DNA from: an uncultured Chloroflexia bacterium
Lineage (GTDB): Bacteria; Chloroflexota; Dehalococcoidia; UBA2979
Assembly: GCA_963728205.1 (NCBI GenBank)
Contig: CAVSIV010000006.1
Coordinates: 448,001 to 512,000, forward strand
Direction of reading: 5' to 3'
Length of the DNA: 64,000 nt
Shown here: one piece after another, positions 1 to 10,349 of the stretch
How the letters are laid out: each line of letters starts with the position of its first letter
Position numbering within the stretch: position 1 is the first letter of the stretch
Notes under the pieces: generated by a model
Seen by the model: only the letters and a program-made list of their open reading frames with translations
Databases searched by the model: none
What the model was told of the DNA's origin: nothing
Program-made: the position numbers and the translations under genes

Positions 1-272
1 TGCTGGTGTGGGTCGCGGGCGGGCCCGTCCCGACGTTGACGCAGCGCAACACGGCGACGTTCCTCGCGCCCGCGTCGCCGCCGCCCGCCGCCCCGGCGCC
101 CGCGAGCCCGCCGCCCGGGACGGGCCCGGCGCCGGCGAGCAGCGGGAACGCGGGGCTCACCGCGTCCGCCGATAATCGTGGCGCCGGAATCGCCGCGATC
201 GGCCTGGTCGTGCTGGCGGGAGCGCTCGTCGCCGGCGGACGACGGCTCACGCGGCGGGGTGTTGCGTGCTGA
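1..272 (+). CDS. 3' end of a surface protein with a Pro-rich linker and C-terminal sorting-like signal (partial)
   Basis: Ends with a Pro-rich linker, PASSGNAGL, hydrophobic helix IAAIGLVVLAGALVAGG and basic tail RRLTRR. The 5' end is outside the window. Confidence 0.75.
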   Translation, partial: LVWVAGGPVPTLTQRNTATFLAPASPPPAAPAPASPPPGTGPAPASSGNAGLTASADNRGAGIAAIGLVVLAGALVAGGRRLTRRGVAC

Positions 273-286
273 ACCGCGGGTAGCGG

Positions 287-499
287 GTGTTCTATGTGGA
301 CGGCGACTCGGGGACGGCGTACGAGCCGAAGGCGCAGTACACGCCGGCGAACGTCGCGATGGGCGCCACGACCGTCCTCTTCACGGGCGGCACCGGTCTC
401 AGCCTCTCGCCCAACGGCCGCAGCATCGAGTTCTCGCGCACGGTGCCCGAGGACGACGCGGACATGCCGGGCGCCTGGGTGGCGACCCTTGCGTACTGA
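287..499 (+). pseudogene. C-terminal fragment of a TolB/WD40-like beta-propeller protein
   Basis: 70-aa ORF with an LSLSPNGRSIEFS blade motif and no signal peptide. Confidence 0.45.
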
Positions 500-512
500 G
501 CGGCGGCGCCGC

Positions 513-2342
513 GTGCGGTACGCGGGAGCAATCGCGCTCGTCGCAGTCGCGCTGACGATCGCCGGCTGCACCCGCCCGAGCGACGCAACGCCGTCCGCCA
601 CCGCGTCGCCGCTCGCCTCCCCCACGGCGTCCCCGCCCGCCACGGCGTCCGCGACGCCCGCCGTCGTGACGCCCGCGACCCTGCCGGACGGCGCGGCCGT
701 CTTCACGCGCCACGTCTTCGGTCCCGGCAACGCCCTCGACGCCGCGCAGGGGGCCGCGGTCGTCGATGCGGCCACCGGTCACGGCGAGCTCTGGCGGCTC
801 GACGACTCGCTGCTCCCGCAGACCGCCACCGTCGCCTACGCGTGGTCGCCCAACGGCGGCGCGCTCGTCGCACAGGCCTTCGGCGCCGAGCGCGCCTACG
901 CCGTCGTGCTCGTGCGCGGGCCGGGCGCCGCGGTCGAATGGAACATGCTCGACTGGCAGCTCGCGGCGGGCCCATCCGACGCCGGCCTGATCCTGCTCGC
1001 CGCGAACCGCGCGTGCCGCTATCTCCTCGTCGACATCGCGGCGACGCCGCCCCGCGCGAGCGAGGTGCGCCCGTTCGGCGACTGCATCGACCGCTCCACC
1101 ACCGGCGGCGTCTTCTCGACGACCGGCTCGTCGCTGCTCGTGGTGAACGGGGGCGACGTCGCCGTCGTCGACACGTCGACGGGCGCGGCGCACGAGGTGG
1201 ATCACGCCCCCGTCGTCCTCACGCCGTACGCGCTGCCGGACGGCGGCTTCCTGGCCGTGCGCGCGACGGGTGCGCACGACGCGCAGCCCGTGCGCGTCTT
1301 CGTCCGGCGCTACGACGCGAGCGGCCGCCCGGCCGGCGCGACCGAGATCCCCGCGTCGCAGCCGGACGTCGAGGTCGAGCACATCGTGCCGTCGCCCGAC
1401 GGCCACGCCATCGCCTGGCAGCAGAGCCTGCTCCCCGCCCCGCTCGGCTCCGGCGGGCACGAGCTCTGGCCGGCCGTCTACGTCGCCGACGTCGCCACGG
1501 GAGCGGCGCGCTTCCGCGCCGTCCGTGCGTCGCTCACCAACGGCACGCTGGAGATGCGATGGCTCGCCGACTCGTCGGCGGTCGTGGTCGACACCGAGGA
1601 CAGATTCGCGGCGCTCGGCGTCGACGGCCGTCTTTCGTCGCTCCCCTTCCCGCCCGCCGATCACTTCGCGCCCGTACCGCTCCCGTCGCCGGTCGACACC
1701 AGCCGCTTCCTGTACGACGGCCGCGTCGTCGCCGCCGACGGCAGACCCGCCGGCACCGCATCGCCTCGGCCACGTGGGGACCCGCGTCGCACGGCGTCGC
1801 GTCCTCCGGCTGGAGCGCCGACGGCACGCATCTGCTGTTTCGCCGCAGCGCGTCGCCCGGCACGGACTACGGCCCCGGCGGGCTGGCGACGCTCGGACTG
1901 CCCGCGCGCATCGACGTGCCGCCGTACGCGACCACCGTCTCGCTGCGGGTCACCGTTGCGACGCCGCTCCGCGCCACGCCCGCCGCCGACGGTACGGTCG
2001 TCGGATCGGTGGGCGCCGGCAGCGTCGTGACCGTCGACGAGCGGCGGGACGAGCAGGCGCGCTCGGAGGCCGGCAAGCCCTACGGCACGGCATGGTGGGT
2101 CGCGGTCGTGACCGCCGACGGCGCACGCGGCTGGAATCCCGAGCGGGACGTTCGCGTGGGACGGCGCGGACCGCACCGCCGCGCCGACGAGCGGGACGCC
2201 GTGGTCCGCGAGCGACTTCGTCTCCGCACTGCGGCGCGACGGGATCGACGTCGTGCCCGGCGGGCAGCTGTTGCGGTGCCGCGAGGACGCGGGACTGGCT
2301 GTCGATCCGCTCGTCGACACGTTCGGGGGGCTGCAGCCGTGA
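513..2342 (+). CDS. Lipoprotein, beta-propeller plus SH3-like domain (frameshifts at ~1760 and ~2135)
   Basis: GTG start, lipobox IAGC, PT-rich linker, WSPNG/PSPDG/WSADG blades, SH3-like LRATP...WVAVVTADGARGW. The stop overlaps the next start (GTGA). Confidence 0.75.
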
Positions 2343-3277
2343 CGGCTGCTCGACGGGCACCGCGGCTTCGGCGAGCCGCGGTATGCGCCGGCCTGTGCCT
2401 CCTGCTCCTCGGCGGGTGCGCGCGCCCCGCGGCGCGACCGTCACCGACGTCGTCGTCCGCGGCGAGCGCGACGGCCACGAGGACGGCGACTCCCGCGCCG
2501 GACGTGACCGCGACCCCCGCGACGTCGCCGTCGCCGTCCGCCGCCGCGACGCGCACGCCCCTCCTGCAGGTGTCGGTCGGGGGCGACTGCCTCAACCTCC
2601 GCGCGGCGGCGTCCACGGACGCGCGCGTGCTCGCATGCCTCGCGGACGGAACGCTGCTCGAGCATGACCCCGGCACGACCGCGGGCGCGCCGGCAGGCTG
2701 GGCGGCCGTCCGCACGCTCGACGGCACGGCGGGCTTCGCGAGCAGCGATGATGTCGCTCCGCTCACCGGCCACCCCGCGCTGCCGGCGCTCACCGGTCTC
2801 GCCGACGTCGACCCGATCGTGGAGGCCGTGCGCGCGGGCGATGTCGACGCCCTGCTCGCGCACGTCCGGTACACGCGCCGGCCCTGCAGCGACCAGCCGA
2901 GCTACGGGCTGCGATGCGCAGCGCTCGGCGTGCCGTCGGGGACCGAGTTCGACGTGATCTCGGTGGGCAACTGCGACGTCGGCACCGTGACCGCGGACGG
3001 CGTCGCCGAGTTCGCGCGGTCGTTCTTCGGCCCGCAGGGCGCGACGACCTTCGTCGGCGCGTTCGACACGCCCGCCGGCGAGCGCGTGGCGCTGTTCGCG
3101 GTCGGCGCGCGCGGCAACGCCGGCGCCGCCGCGCCGATGGGCGTCTTCCTGCACGACGGCGGCATCGTGCAGCTCGGCGGCTTCTGCGGGCAGATGCCGG
3201 GCGCCGGCTGGATCGACCACTGGCTCGTGCGACCGGAGCAGCTGGGGTACGACGTGACGAGCGGGCAGGCGCGGTAG
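2339..3277 (+). CDS. Lipoprotein with bacterial SH3 domain
   Basis: Lipobox LGGC, PT linker, GDCLNLRAAAST...GWAAVRTLDGTAGF. Confidence 0.8.
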   Translation: MTAARRAPRLRRAAVCAGLCLLLLGGCARPAARPSPTSSSAASATATRTATPAPDVTATPATSPSPSAAATRTPLLQVSVGGDCLNLRAAASTDARVLACLADGTLLEHDPGTTAGAPAGWAAVRTLDGTAGFASSDDVAPLTGHPALPALTGLADVDPIVEAVRAGDVDALLAHVRYTRRPCSDQPSYGLRCAALGVPSGTEFDVISVGNCDVGTVTADGVAEFARSFFGPQGATTFVGAFDTPAGERVALFAVGARGNAGAAAPMGVFLHDGGIVQLGGFCGQMPGAGWIDHWLVRPEQLGYDVTSGQAR

Positions 3278-3326
3278 GCGCCGCGCAGGCGGCACCGGGA
3301 ACGCGCGTGCGTTGCCCGCCCGTCGA

Positions 3327-3353
3327 CGCATCTGATGCGCCGCCCGCTATCTT
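3327..3353 (+). promoter_or_regulatory. vapB operator palindrome and -10 element of a leaderless promoter
   Basis: CGCATC-T-GATGCG at 3327-3339. TATCTT at 3348-3353 lies 7 nt before ATG 3361. Confidence 0.55.
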
Positions 3354-3360
3354 CACGCAC

Positions 3361-3591
3361 ATGCCACGCACGACGATCGACATCGACCCGGCAGTGCTCC
3401 GAAGGCTGAAGGAGCGCAAGCGTCGCGAGGGCAAGACGCTCGGCCAGCTCGTCTCCGAACTGCTGGCCAGCGCGTTGCACGAACCGGCGGCATCCCCGGC
3501 GCGCGAGTTCAGCTGGACATCGCGTCCGATGGGCGCTCGCGTCGACCTCGAAGACAAGGAAGCCGTGCGCCGCGCGCTGGAGCAGCGTTGA
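3361..3591 (+). CDS. vapB: VapB-type ribbon-helix-helix antitoxin
   Basis: MPRTTIDIDPAVLRRLKERKRREGKTLGQLVSELL has the RHH pattern. It overlaps the downstream PIN gene. Confidence 0.85.
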   Translation: MPRTTIDIDPAVLRRLKERKRREGKTLGQLVSELLASALHEPAASPAREFSWTSRPMGARVDLEDKEAVRRALEQR

Positions 3592-4022
3592 GCTTCACCT
3601 TCGACGCGGCCGTCCTCCTCTACGCCTCCGACGAGGCGAGCGCGTACCACGAACGGGCGCGCGCCTTTCTCGACCGCGTGGCGAGCGGCAGCGAGCTCGC
3701 CTACGTGTTCTGGCCCACCGTGATGGCCTACCTGCGCATCGCCACGCACGCGGCGATCTTCGAGAAGCCGTTGCCGCCGGCGGACGCGCTCGCCAACGTC
3801 GAGCGCCTGCTCGCCCTGCCGCACGTGCAAACCGCCGGCGAGCAGGACCGCTTCTGGGAGTCGTACCGTCGCGTGACGCGGGAGGCCGAGGCACGCGGCA
3901 ACCTCGTGCCGGACGCCCACATCGCCGCCCTCATGGTCGACAACGGCGTGCGCACGATCTGGACGCATGACCGCGACTTCCGGCGCTTCGCCGACATCGA
4001 AGCGCGCGACCCGTTCGGTTGA
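3588..4022 (+). CDS. vapC: VapC PIN-domain toxin
   Basis: FDAAVLLYA...GNLVPDAHIAAL...IWTHDRDFRRF PIN acidic motifs. Confidence 0.9.
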   Translation: MSFTFDAAVLLYASDEASAYHERARAFLDRVASGSELAYVFWPTVMAYLRIATHAAIFEKPLPPADALANVERLLALPHVQTAGEQDRFWESYRRVTREAEARGNLVPDAHIAALMVDNGVRTIWTHDRDFRRFADIEARDPFG

Positions 4023-4106
4023 GGCCGGCCATGGCAGCCCCGTACGCGCGGAACCCGAGCGACGGGGCCGTCGTCTGGTCGCCAGGCTGAAGCACGGGGA
4101 GCACGC

Positions 4107-4532
4107 GTGACGCAAGGGTCAACACGCACCGCGGTGGTCGTCGGCTGTGCGTTCCTGGCGCTCGTGGGGTGCACGGCCGGTTCGCGAACCGCCTCGCCGA
4201 CGCGCCGCGGGTCAGCCGCGCTGCCTGCAACGGCCACCTCGTCCGCGACCGCAACGCCGACAGACGCGGCCGCGACGACGTCCGGCTTCCCGCCGCCGAC
4301 GGTAACCCCCGCCGCCAGCCCATGCCCTGCCCGACCTTCCAGCCGCGCCGAACGGCCAGGAGGCGTGGGCGCGGACGCGGGGGTCTCTCCCGTATGCGGG
4401 CGAGCCGATCCGCGTCCGGTGCGTCGCTCTGCCGCGACCGCCCGCCGCCGGCGCCGCCCCACATCGACGCGCGCGGCTACATTGACGGGTGACGGCGTGG
4501 GCCCCGCGCCGCCGCCGAGGAGCTGCACATGA
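4107..4532 (+). CDS. Short or truncated lipoprotein (signal plus PT linker only)
   Basis: Lipobox LVGC, then a Thr/Pro linker with no recognisable domain. Confidence 0.45.
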   Translation: MTQGSTRTAVVVGCAFLALVGCTAGSRTASPTRRGSAALPATATSSATATPTDAAATTSGFPPPTVTPAASPCPARPSSRAERPGGVGADAGVSPVCGRADPRPVRRSAATARRRRRPTSTRAATLTGDGVGPAPPPRSCT

Positions 4533-6040
4533 CGCGAAGCCGCGCCGCCGTGGCACTGCCCGCCGCGGCATTGCTCATTGCGCTCCTCGTCGTCGGAAGC
4601 GCCTGCTCCACGCGCGGCGCCGGCCCCACCGCCACGCCGACCGTGACCGCGACCGCGGCCCCGACGACCGTCGCCACCCCGGTCGCGACCCCGACGCCGA
4701 CACCCACTCCCACGCCGGCGCCAACGATGGTCATCACCGGCCCCCGCGACTTCCTGCAGCAGCCCTTCGGCATCGCCGTGATCGACCTCGCCGCCGGTCA
4801 CATGTACCCAATCGTCGGCTTCGACGGCGGGGCGGAGGTGGTCTCCGCGGGGCGGCTGATCGCGCTCTTCGTGTCGCAGGCCGGGGGCGAGGCGCTCTTC
4901 GAATGGAGCGGCGCGCCCGTGATGCCGAAGATGACCCCCACGCTCCCGCGGCCCGTCGCGTGCGTCGCGGTGAGCGGGCAGCCGCCGATCTCGCGCGTCG
5001 CCGGCGCCCGGTACGACATCCCCTGCGGCGTCTTCTCGCCGACCGGCGACCGCATGCTCTATCACCTGCCCCCCCTGCCCGCTCCCGGCGGGACGCAACA
5101 TGCCCACGTGCTCGACGTCGCAACCGGCGGCTCGACCGCGATCGACGCCGCCCTCCTCGCGTGCGGTGGCTGCGGCGGCCGCGCGCAGCCGGCATGGTCG
5201 CCGTCGGGCCGCTACGTGCTCGACCCGGAGAGCGACGAGAGCGCGAAGGGCGGTCGTGTCTTCCTGCTCGACACGAAGACCGCCCACGGCGAGGTCGTCG
5301 CGACCAGCACCGTGGGCGCCCGGCCCATCGTGGAAGCGGGGCAGGCGCCGTCGTGGGCGCCCGATCGCGACGCGCTCGTCTTCCCGAAGGACGGCGCGGT
5401 GCACGTCGGCGACCTCGCGTCGGGCGCGGAGAGCACGATGGACGACGCCGTCGCGTGGCCGGCGCGCTTCGACGCCTCGGGGCGCTTCGTCTACGCGCAG
5501 GCGGTCGCGACGCCGGCGCCCACGCCCCGCGCGACGACGACAGGCAGCGGCACCCGTACGCCGACGCCCCCGACCGCCACCGGCACGCCAACCGCGACTC
5601 GAGCCCCCGCGGCGACGCCCACGCCACCCACGGGCCCGACCGTCGTCATCGCAGATGCCCGCACGGGCAAACTCGTCTCGCAGCTCCCCGGCATCATCGG
5701 CGAGCGGCCCTTCGCTCCCGAGCAGGCGGTGGGCGCGAACGCCGAAGGCCCCGTCGCCGCGCTGACCGGCGTCGAGGGCTGCGCGGGCGTCGTGATCTAC
5801 GCCCGCGCGGCGACCGGCGGCCGCTGCTTCCCCGGCGCCGCGCGGCCGGCCGTCTCGCCGCAGGGACGCGTCGCGTTCAGCCGCGCGTCCGGCGGCGGTC
5901 GTGAGATCGACGTCGTCGACCCGGCGACGCTCGAGGCGCATCGCGTCGCGGACGGTCCCGCCGCCGCGGCGCCGCTGCTGCTGTGGTCGCCGAGCGGCGA
6001 GCAGATCGTCGTCGCGTGGCCGGGGCACTACGGCGAGTGA
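4529..6040 (+). CDS. Lipoprotein, TolB-like beta-propeller
   Basis: Lipobox GSAC, (PT)n linker, FSPTG/WSPSG/WAPD/VSPQG blades. Confidence 0.85.
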   Translation: MTRSRAAVALPAAALLIALLVVGSACSTRGAGPTATPTVTATAAPTTVATPVATPTPTPTPTPAPTMVITGPRDFLQQPFGIAVIDLAAGHMYPIVGFDGGAEVVSAGRLIALFVSQAGGEALFEWSGAPVMPKMTPTLPRPVACVAVSGQPPISRVAGARYDIPCGVFSPTGDRMLYHLPPLPAPGGTQHAHVLDVATGGSTAIDAALLACGGCGGRAQPAWSPSGRYVLDPESDESAKGGRVFLLDTKTAHGEVVATSTVGARPIVEAGQAPSWAPDRDALVFPKDGAVHVGDLASGAESTMDDAVAWPARFDASGRFVYAQAVATPAPTPRATTTGSGTRTPTPPTATGTPTATRAPAATPTPPTGPTVVIADARTGKLVSQLPGIIGERPFAPEQAVGANAEGPVAALTGVEGCAGVVIYARAATGGRCFPGAARPAVSPQGRVAFSRASGGGREIDVVDPATLEAHRVADGPAAAAPLLLWSPSGEQIVVAWPGHYGE

Positions 6041-6108
6041 GGTCGCGGGGCGCCGGTACGATCGGTTGGGGACGAGCGGGTCGGGAGCGTAGTAGCAGAG
6101 GAGGAGAC

Positions 6109-6639
6109 GTGAACCGACGCGCGTACGAAGTGCTGCGTGCTGGCGCTCCCTACGTCGACCGGCAGGATCACCGCGGCCGCGCGCTGCACCTCGACGCCGG
6201 TGGGCGGCTGTGGGGCTGCGCGCTCGGCGCGATGGCGATCGCGATGCGGGGTGACCCGGCCGGCGCGCGCCGCAGCCGCGCCTATCTCGCGGCCAGCCGC
6301 GAGCGGTACTGGCAGCTGCTGACCGCCGCGCCCGACGCCGGCCGCCCGTGCCCGGGCCGTGGCCGCTGGCCGTGGCGCCGCTCGCGCCGCAACTGCGACC
6401 GCGTGAGCGGGCTGGCGAACCAGGTCGCGCACCTCAACGACCGCCACGGCTGGTCGTTCGAGCGCATCGCCGATTGGCTCGAGCGCGACCACCCGGACTG
6501 GGAGGTGCCGGTCGAGTCGCCCGCGGTCGACGGCCCGACGCTCGACGTGGCCGTGCCCGACGGCGCCTCGGCCGCGCCGGCGCTGCCCGCCGTCGGCGAG
6601 CCGCGGGTCGAGGCGCGCGAGCCGGCACTGGTCGGCTGA
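6109..6639 (+). CDS. Hypothetical protein, DUF6197-like
   Basis: GAGGAG RBS and GTG start. GCALGA...VAHLNDRHGWSFERIADWLE resembles the DUF6197 pattern. Confidence 0.55.
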   Translation: MNRRAYEVLRAGAPYVDRQDHRGRALHLDAGGRLWGCALGAMAIAMRGDPAGARRSRAYLAASRERYWQLLTAAPDAGRPCPGRGRWPWRRSRRNCDRVSGLANQVAHLNDRHGWSFERIADWLERDHPDWEVPVESPAVDGPTLDVAVPDGASAAPALPAVGEPRVEAREPALVG

Positions 6640-6688
6640 GCCGAAGACACCCGCGCCCAGCGCATAGCGGCGGCAGGCTCGGCCCCCC

Positions 6689-6782
6689 CCACAGCGGCGG
6701 CAGACATGCCGCCGACAGCACGCGGACGCAGTCCGCGGCTGGCGCCGCGCTTCTGTCGGCGGCATGTCTGCCGCCGCTGTGG
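6689..6782. repeat. REPIN doublet (family A)
   Basis: ACAG-CGGCGGCA-GACA-TGCCGCCG-ACAG and its inverted copy, between convergent genes. Confidence 0.9.
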
Positions 6783-6811
6783 TTGGCCGAGCCCGCCGAC
6801 TGAGCGCTGCA

Positions 6812-7512
6812 CTACCGCATGCGCAGCGCGACGAGACGGCCGCCCGCGGCGACCAGGATCTCGTCGCCGGCCGCGGCGAGCGTCGTGAAGTGCTGCATCG
6901 CGCCGACGTCGCGGCGGACCCGGACGGCGCCCGTCGCCGGGTCGAGTGCGTAGAGCGTGCCGGCGCCCGGGTCGGTCACCCACACGGCGCCGCCGGAGAC
7001 GGGGCGGATGTTGCCGCAGGGCAGCGTGCCGGCGTCGACGGGCGGGCCGAGCGACGCCTGCCAGCGGGGCGCGCCCGTCGACGCGTCGAACGCGTAGACG
7101 TGGTTGCGCTCGGTCGCGACGACGACGACCCCGCCCGCGACGACCGGCGACGCGTAGACGTCGCCGTCGAGCGGGTCGCTGCGCCAGGCCGCGTCGACCG
7201 CGGAGAACGACGCGGGGCCGCCGGCCGCGGCGCCGGTGCGCGCGAGGTTGCCGTGGTAGGTGGGCCAGTCGGCGGCGGCCGCCGCGGCCGCGGTCGCGGT
7301 CGCGGTCGCGGTCGCGGTCGCGGTCGCGGTCGCGATAAAGGATGTGCCGCTCGCAACAGCCGTGCCGGTGCGACCGGCGACGCAACCGCGGAGGCGGCCG
7401 GTTGGGCCGCCGTCTGCGTTGCTGTCTGCTCGCCGCGCCCCGAGCACGCGGCGACGGCCGCCGCGATCGCGAGCGTCACGAACAGGACCGTCCGCCGCGC
7501 CGGCGTGTTCAC
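6812..7512 (-). CDS. PQQ-like beta-propeller lipoprotein (frameshift ~7345; appears internally shortened)
   Basis: Lipobox VAAC, DWPTYHGNLARTG, YASPVV, YAFDASTG..W, YALDPATG. A (CGGTCG)n tract at 7291-7333 encodes (TA)n. Confidence 0.7.
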
Positions 7513-8213
7513 GCATCGACGATAGCGATGCGCGGCCGCCTCGGAGCGAGCGTCTGCGCGTCGCGACCCGCCCACCGGCGACGAGGACGAGCGCGAGCGC
7601 CACCGCGAGCCCGGCGCCCCTCGCCGAGCGCCGAGCGACGACGAGCCCCGCGCTGCCGGTCGGCGACGGAACGACGCCGGCCGACCGCAGCCGGTCGGAC
7701 ACGCGCGCGACACTCCGCTGGACCTGGGGATCGCCGGGGCCGTCGCCTCGGGCAAACACCCCGGGGCCCGACGATGCGAAGGTCCCGTCCCCGGCGCGGG
7801 CGAGCCCCAGCACCAGGTACTGCCCGGCGGGACTCTCCTGGAACGCGCCGCACGGGCCGCCCCCAGCCACCCACATCAGGCCGTCGGGCGCCGCCTTCGG
7901 GATCGGGCGTGTCGAGCACCACCGCGCTGGCCCCGTCCAGCACGGCGATGTCGGAAGGGCCCGAGCCCTTGAGGTAGCGGTCGACGCGGACTTCCACCCG
8001 CAGCATCGCGAAGTGCCCGGCGAATGCCTTCACCTCCGGGTGCTCGAGCTCCGGCACGCGGCGCATCGACGTGACGCGGCCTGCGACAATCACGTCCGAG
8101 GACAGCACCGGGTCCGGCCCGCCGCTGCACGCGAGCGCCGGCGCGGGCGGCGTCCCGGCGAGCGCCAGAAGCGCCAGCACCAGGGCCACGACCGCGGCGG
8201 TCGTCGCGTGCAT
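7509..8213 (-). CDS. Secreted TIMP/NTR-like protein with C-terminal sorting signal (frameshift ~7885; exact stop uncertain)
   Basis: Signal peptide ...APALA|CSGG, DVIVAGRV, VDRYLKGSG, later PCGAF, then PSPTGSAGL, TM helix and RRR. Confidence 0.65.
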   Translation of the reverse strand: MHATTAAVVALVLALLALAGTPPAPALACSGGPDPVLSSDVIVAGRVTSMRRVPELEHPEVKAFAGHFAMLRVEVRVDRYLKGSGPSDIAVLDGASAVVLDTPDPEGGARRPDVGGWGRPVRRVPGESRRAVPGAGARPRRGRDLRIVGPRGVCPRRRPRRSPGPAECRARVRPAAVGRRRSVADRQRGARRRSALGEGRRARGGARARPRRRWAGRDAQTLAPRRPRIAIVDA

Positions 8214-8263
8214 GTGTCACCCCCTGAGTCACGCCGATCTTCTGCGCGACTCGGTCCTCGTCG

Positions 8264-9464
8264 CTACCGGTGCGCGAGCAGCGCCTCCACCGAGGCCGCC
8301 GCCGGGTCCGCGAACCACGTCGCGTCCCCCACGAGCCGCACCTGCAGCACCTTCCCGTCGACGCGCGTCTCGATGTCCCGGTACAGCGCGGCCCACGTGT
8401 CTGCCGTCTCGAAGATCGGCGTCACCGCGTGCAGCCGCTGCACGAGGATCGACTCGTTCGCCTGCGCTGCCTGCCTCGTATCGTGCGCGAGCCAGAGCTC
8501 CGTGTACGGCACGCCGTCGGTGCCGACGCCGATGCCCCAGCCCGCCACCGCCCACGGCTCGAGCAGCGGCGCGTTCGCCGACCACGCTTTGCGCACTCGC
8601 GCGGCCAGATCGGACGCGGCCATGCCTCTCCATCCGGTCCCGATCCGCGGCCGATGGCGCACGGTCGGTGATCACCGCGGCGACGACGCCTGCGCCGTCC
8701 ATCGCGCGCGCGATCGCCGCGTAGCCGGCGTCGCCGGCCAGCAAGCCGCGGCCCGCCTGCGCGTCGAGCATCGACTCGATGCCCCCGGACCACAGCGCGT
8801 GCAACACGAAGCGGTCCTCGACGGCGATGCGCCCGCCCCGGCCGAGCTTGTCGCAGGCCGGCAGCGCGAAGCGCGGGCCGGCGCCCATCTGCATGTCGCC
8901 GCCCCACGCGTAGTAGGTCCGTCCGTCGTGCTGCTCGCGCTGGGCGGGCTGGCAGCCGTCGCACTGCGCGAGCCTTGCGTCGACCGCGGCCGGGTCGAAG
9001 GTGCCGCGGATCGCGTCGAGGGACCGCACCGGGTTCGTCCCGGCGTGCACCGACTGCTCGACGTCGGCGAGCCCGATCCCGATGGACTGCTCGAGGTTCA
9101 CCCCGACGCGCGCGAGCTCGTGCGTGTCGCGCTCGTAGCCGAGGAAGGCGAAGCCGGCGCTCAGCCCGAGCGACGGCACGCCGGAAACGTGCGTGACGTA
9201 GTCGAACGCCGCCTGCTCGCTCGCGAGCGTGGCGGGCGGCGTGGCCCCGGTGAGCGCGCGCAGCGCGGCGGTGTCGCGCAGCACCACGGCCGCGCGGTAG
9301 TCGGGCTGGTCGGGGACGAGGGCGAGTAGCGACGCGAACAATCCGCGCGCGGAGCCGCCGCCGCGGCCGCAGGCCGCGCTCGTCGCCACCGCCGCGAGCG
9401 CGACGAGGACGGCGCCGAGGACGAGAGCGCGCCGCCGGCCGAGGCGCGCGCGTGCGGGAACCAT
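8264..9464 (-). CDS. Lipoprotein of unknown function (frameshift ~8640)
   Basis: Basic N-terminus, hydrophobic stretch and lipobox SAAC. It continues into the 8264..8662 ORF. Confidence 0.7.
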
Positions 9465-9526
9465 CGCGGGCAGCCTAGCGGAAAGCACGCGGAACGCGCG
9501 GCGATCATCTGTGGCGCGCGGGGTGC

Positions 9527-10237
9527 TCAGTGGCGGCCGGCGAGGTCCGTGGTTCCGGCGTCGACGGGCAAACCGCGCGCGGCACTCTCGTCGACCACCC
9601 GCGCCAGCCGCGCCGCAAGCCCCTCGGGGTCCAGCGCGGCGAGCCCGGTCCGCTCGACCGCGTCCCACGAGCCGCGGAAGTGCCGACGCGTTGAGAAGCC
9701 GATCGCGAGCGCGGTGGCGACCTTCGCTTCGTCGAGCGCGTGACGCGCCGCCTCGTGCGATCCGATCGCGTCGAGATGGCGAGCCCGATCGGCGAGCGCG
9801 ATCGCGCCCGGGAGCACCCCCCGTGCGCGCGCGTGGAACTCCGCGTCCGGCGTCCGCGCGAGCAGCGCGAGGTGCGCCTGCCGCAGCCGCTCGTGCCAGC
9901 CGTGCGGATCGTAGAGCGGAAGCGTCGTCAGGTACTGATCCGCGTCGACCGGCCAGCGCGAGGACAGCTCGCCCGCGAACGCGAGGTACTCCTCCGCGCT
10001 GATCACGCCGAAGTCGACCACGATGCCCCGCACGCGCGCGGCCGACGCGGGCGGCCCCTGGCCGGGCCGCTCGGTCACTACGACGAAGTCGACGTCCGAC
10101 CCATCGTGGTCGTCGCCGAGCGCCAGCGACCCGTGGACGCCGATGGCGTGCACGACGGCGCGGTGGCGATCGAGCACCGCCTCGGAGAGCTCGCGCGCGA
10201 GGGCCAGGCGCGGGTTCGGCTCGGTGGCGGAGTGCAT
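9527..10237 (-). CDS. Pol-beta-fold nucleotidyltransferase (KNTase/ANT(4')-like)
   Basis: IGVHGSLALGDDHDGSDVDF (GS-x10-DxD), then a helical C-terminal domain. Confidence 0.75.
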   Translation of the reverse strand: MHSATEPNPRLALARELSEAVLDRHRAVVHAIGVHGSLALGDDHDGSDVDFVVVTERPGQGPPASAARVRGIVVDFGVISAEEYLAFAGELSSRWPVDADQYLTTLPLYDPHGWHERLRQAHLALLARTPDAEFHARARGVLPGAIALADRARHLDAIGSHEAARHALDEAKVATALAIGFSTRRHFRGSWDAVERTGLAALDPEGLAARLARVVDESAARGLPVDAGTTDLAGRH

Positions 10238-10349
10238 TGGTCGAGCGTAGGACTTCGCCCCGGCCGTCGGTCGTTCGCGAGGCGGCACCGCGCGTCGCGG
10301 TCGACGCCGCACTCGCCCGCCACGCCCACAACCGTCCTACGCTCCACCG

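Noticed and set aside
7291-7333. (CGGTCG)n tract as a phase-variation switch
   Set aside because: The hexamer unit keeps the frame and only encodes a Thr-Ala linker.
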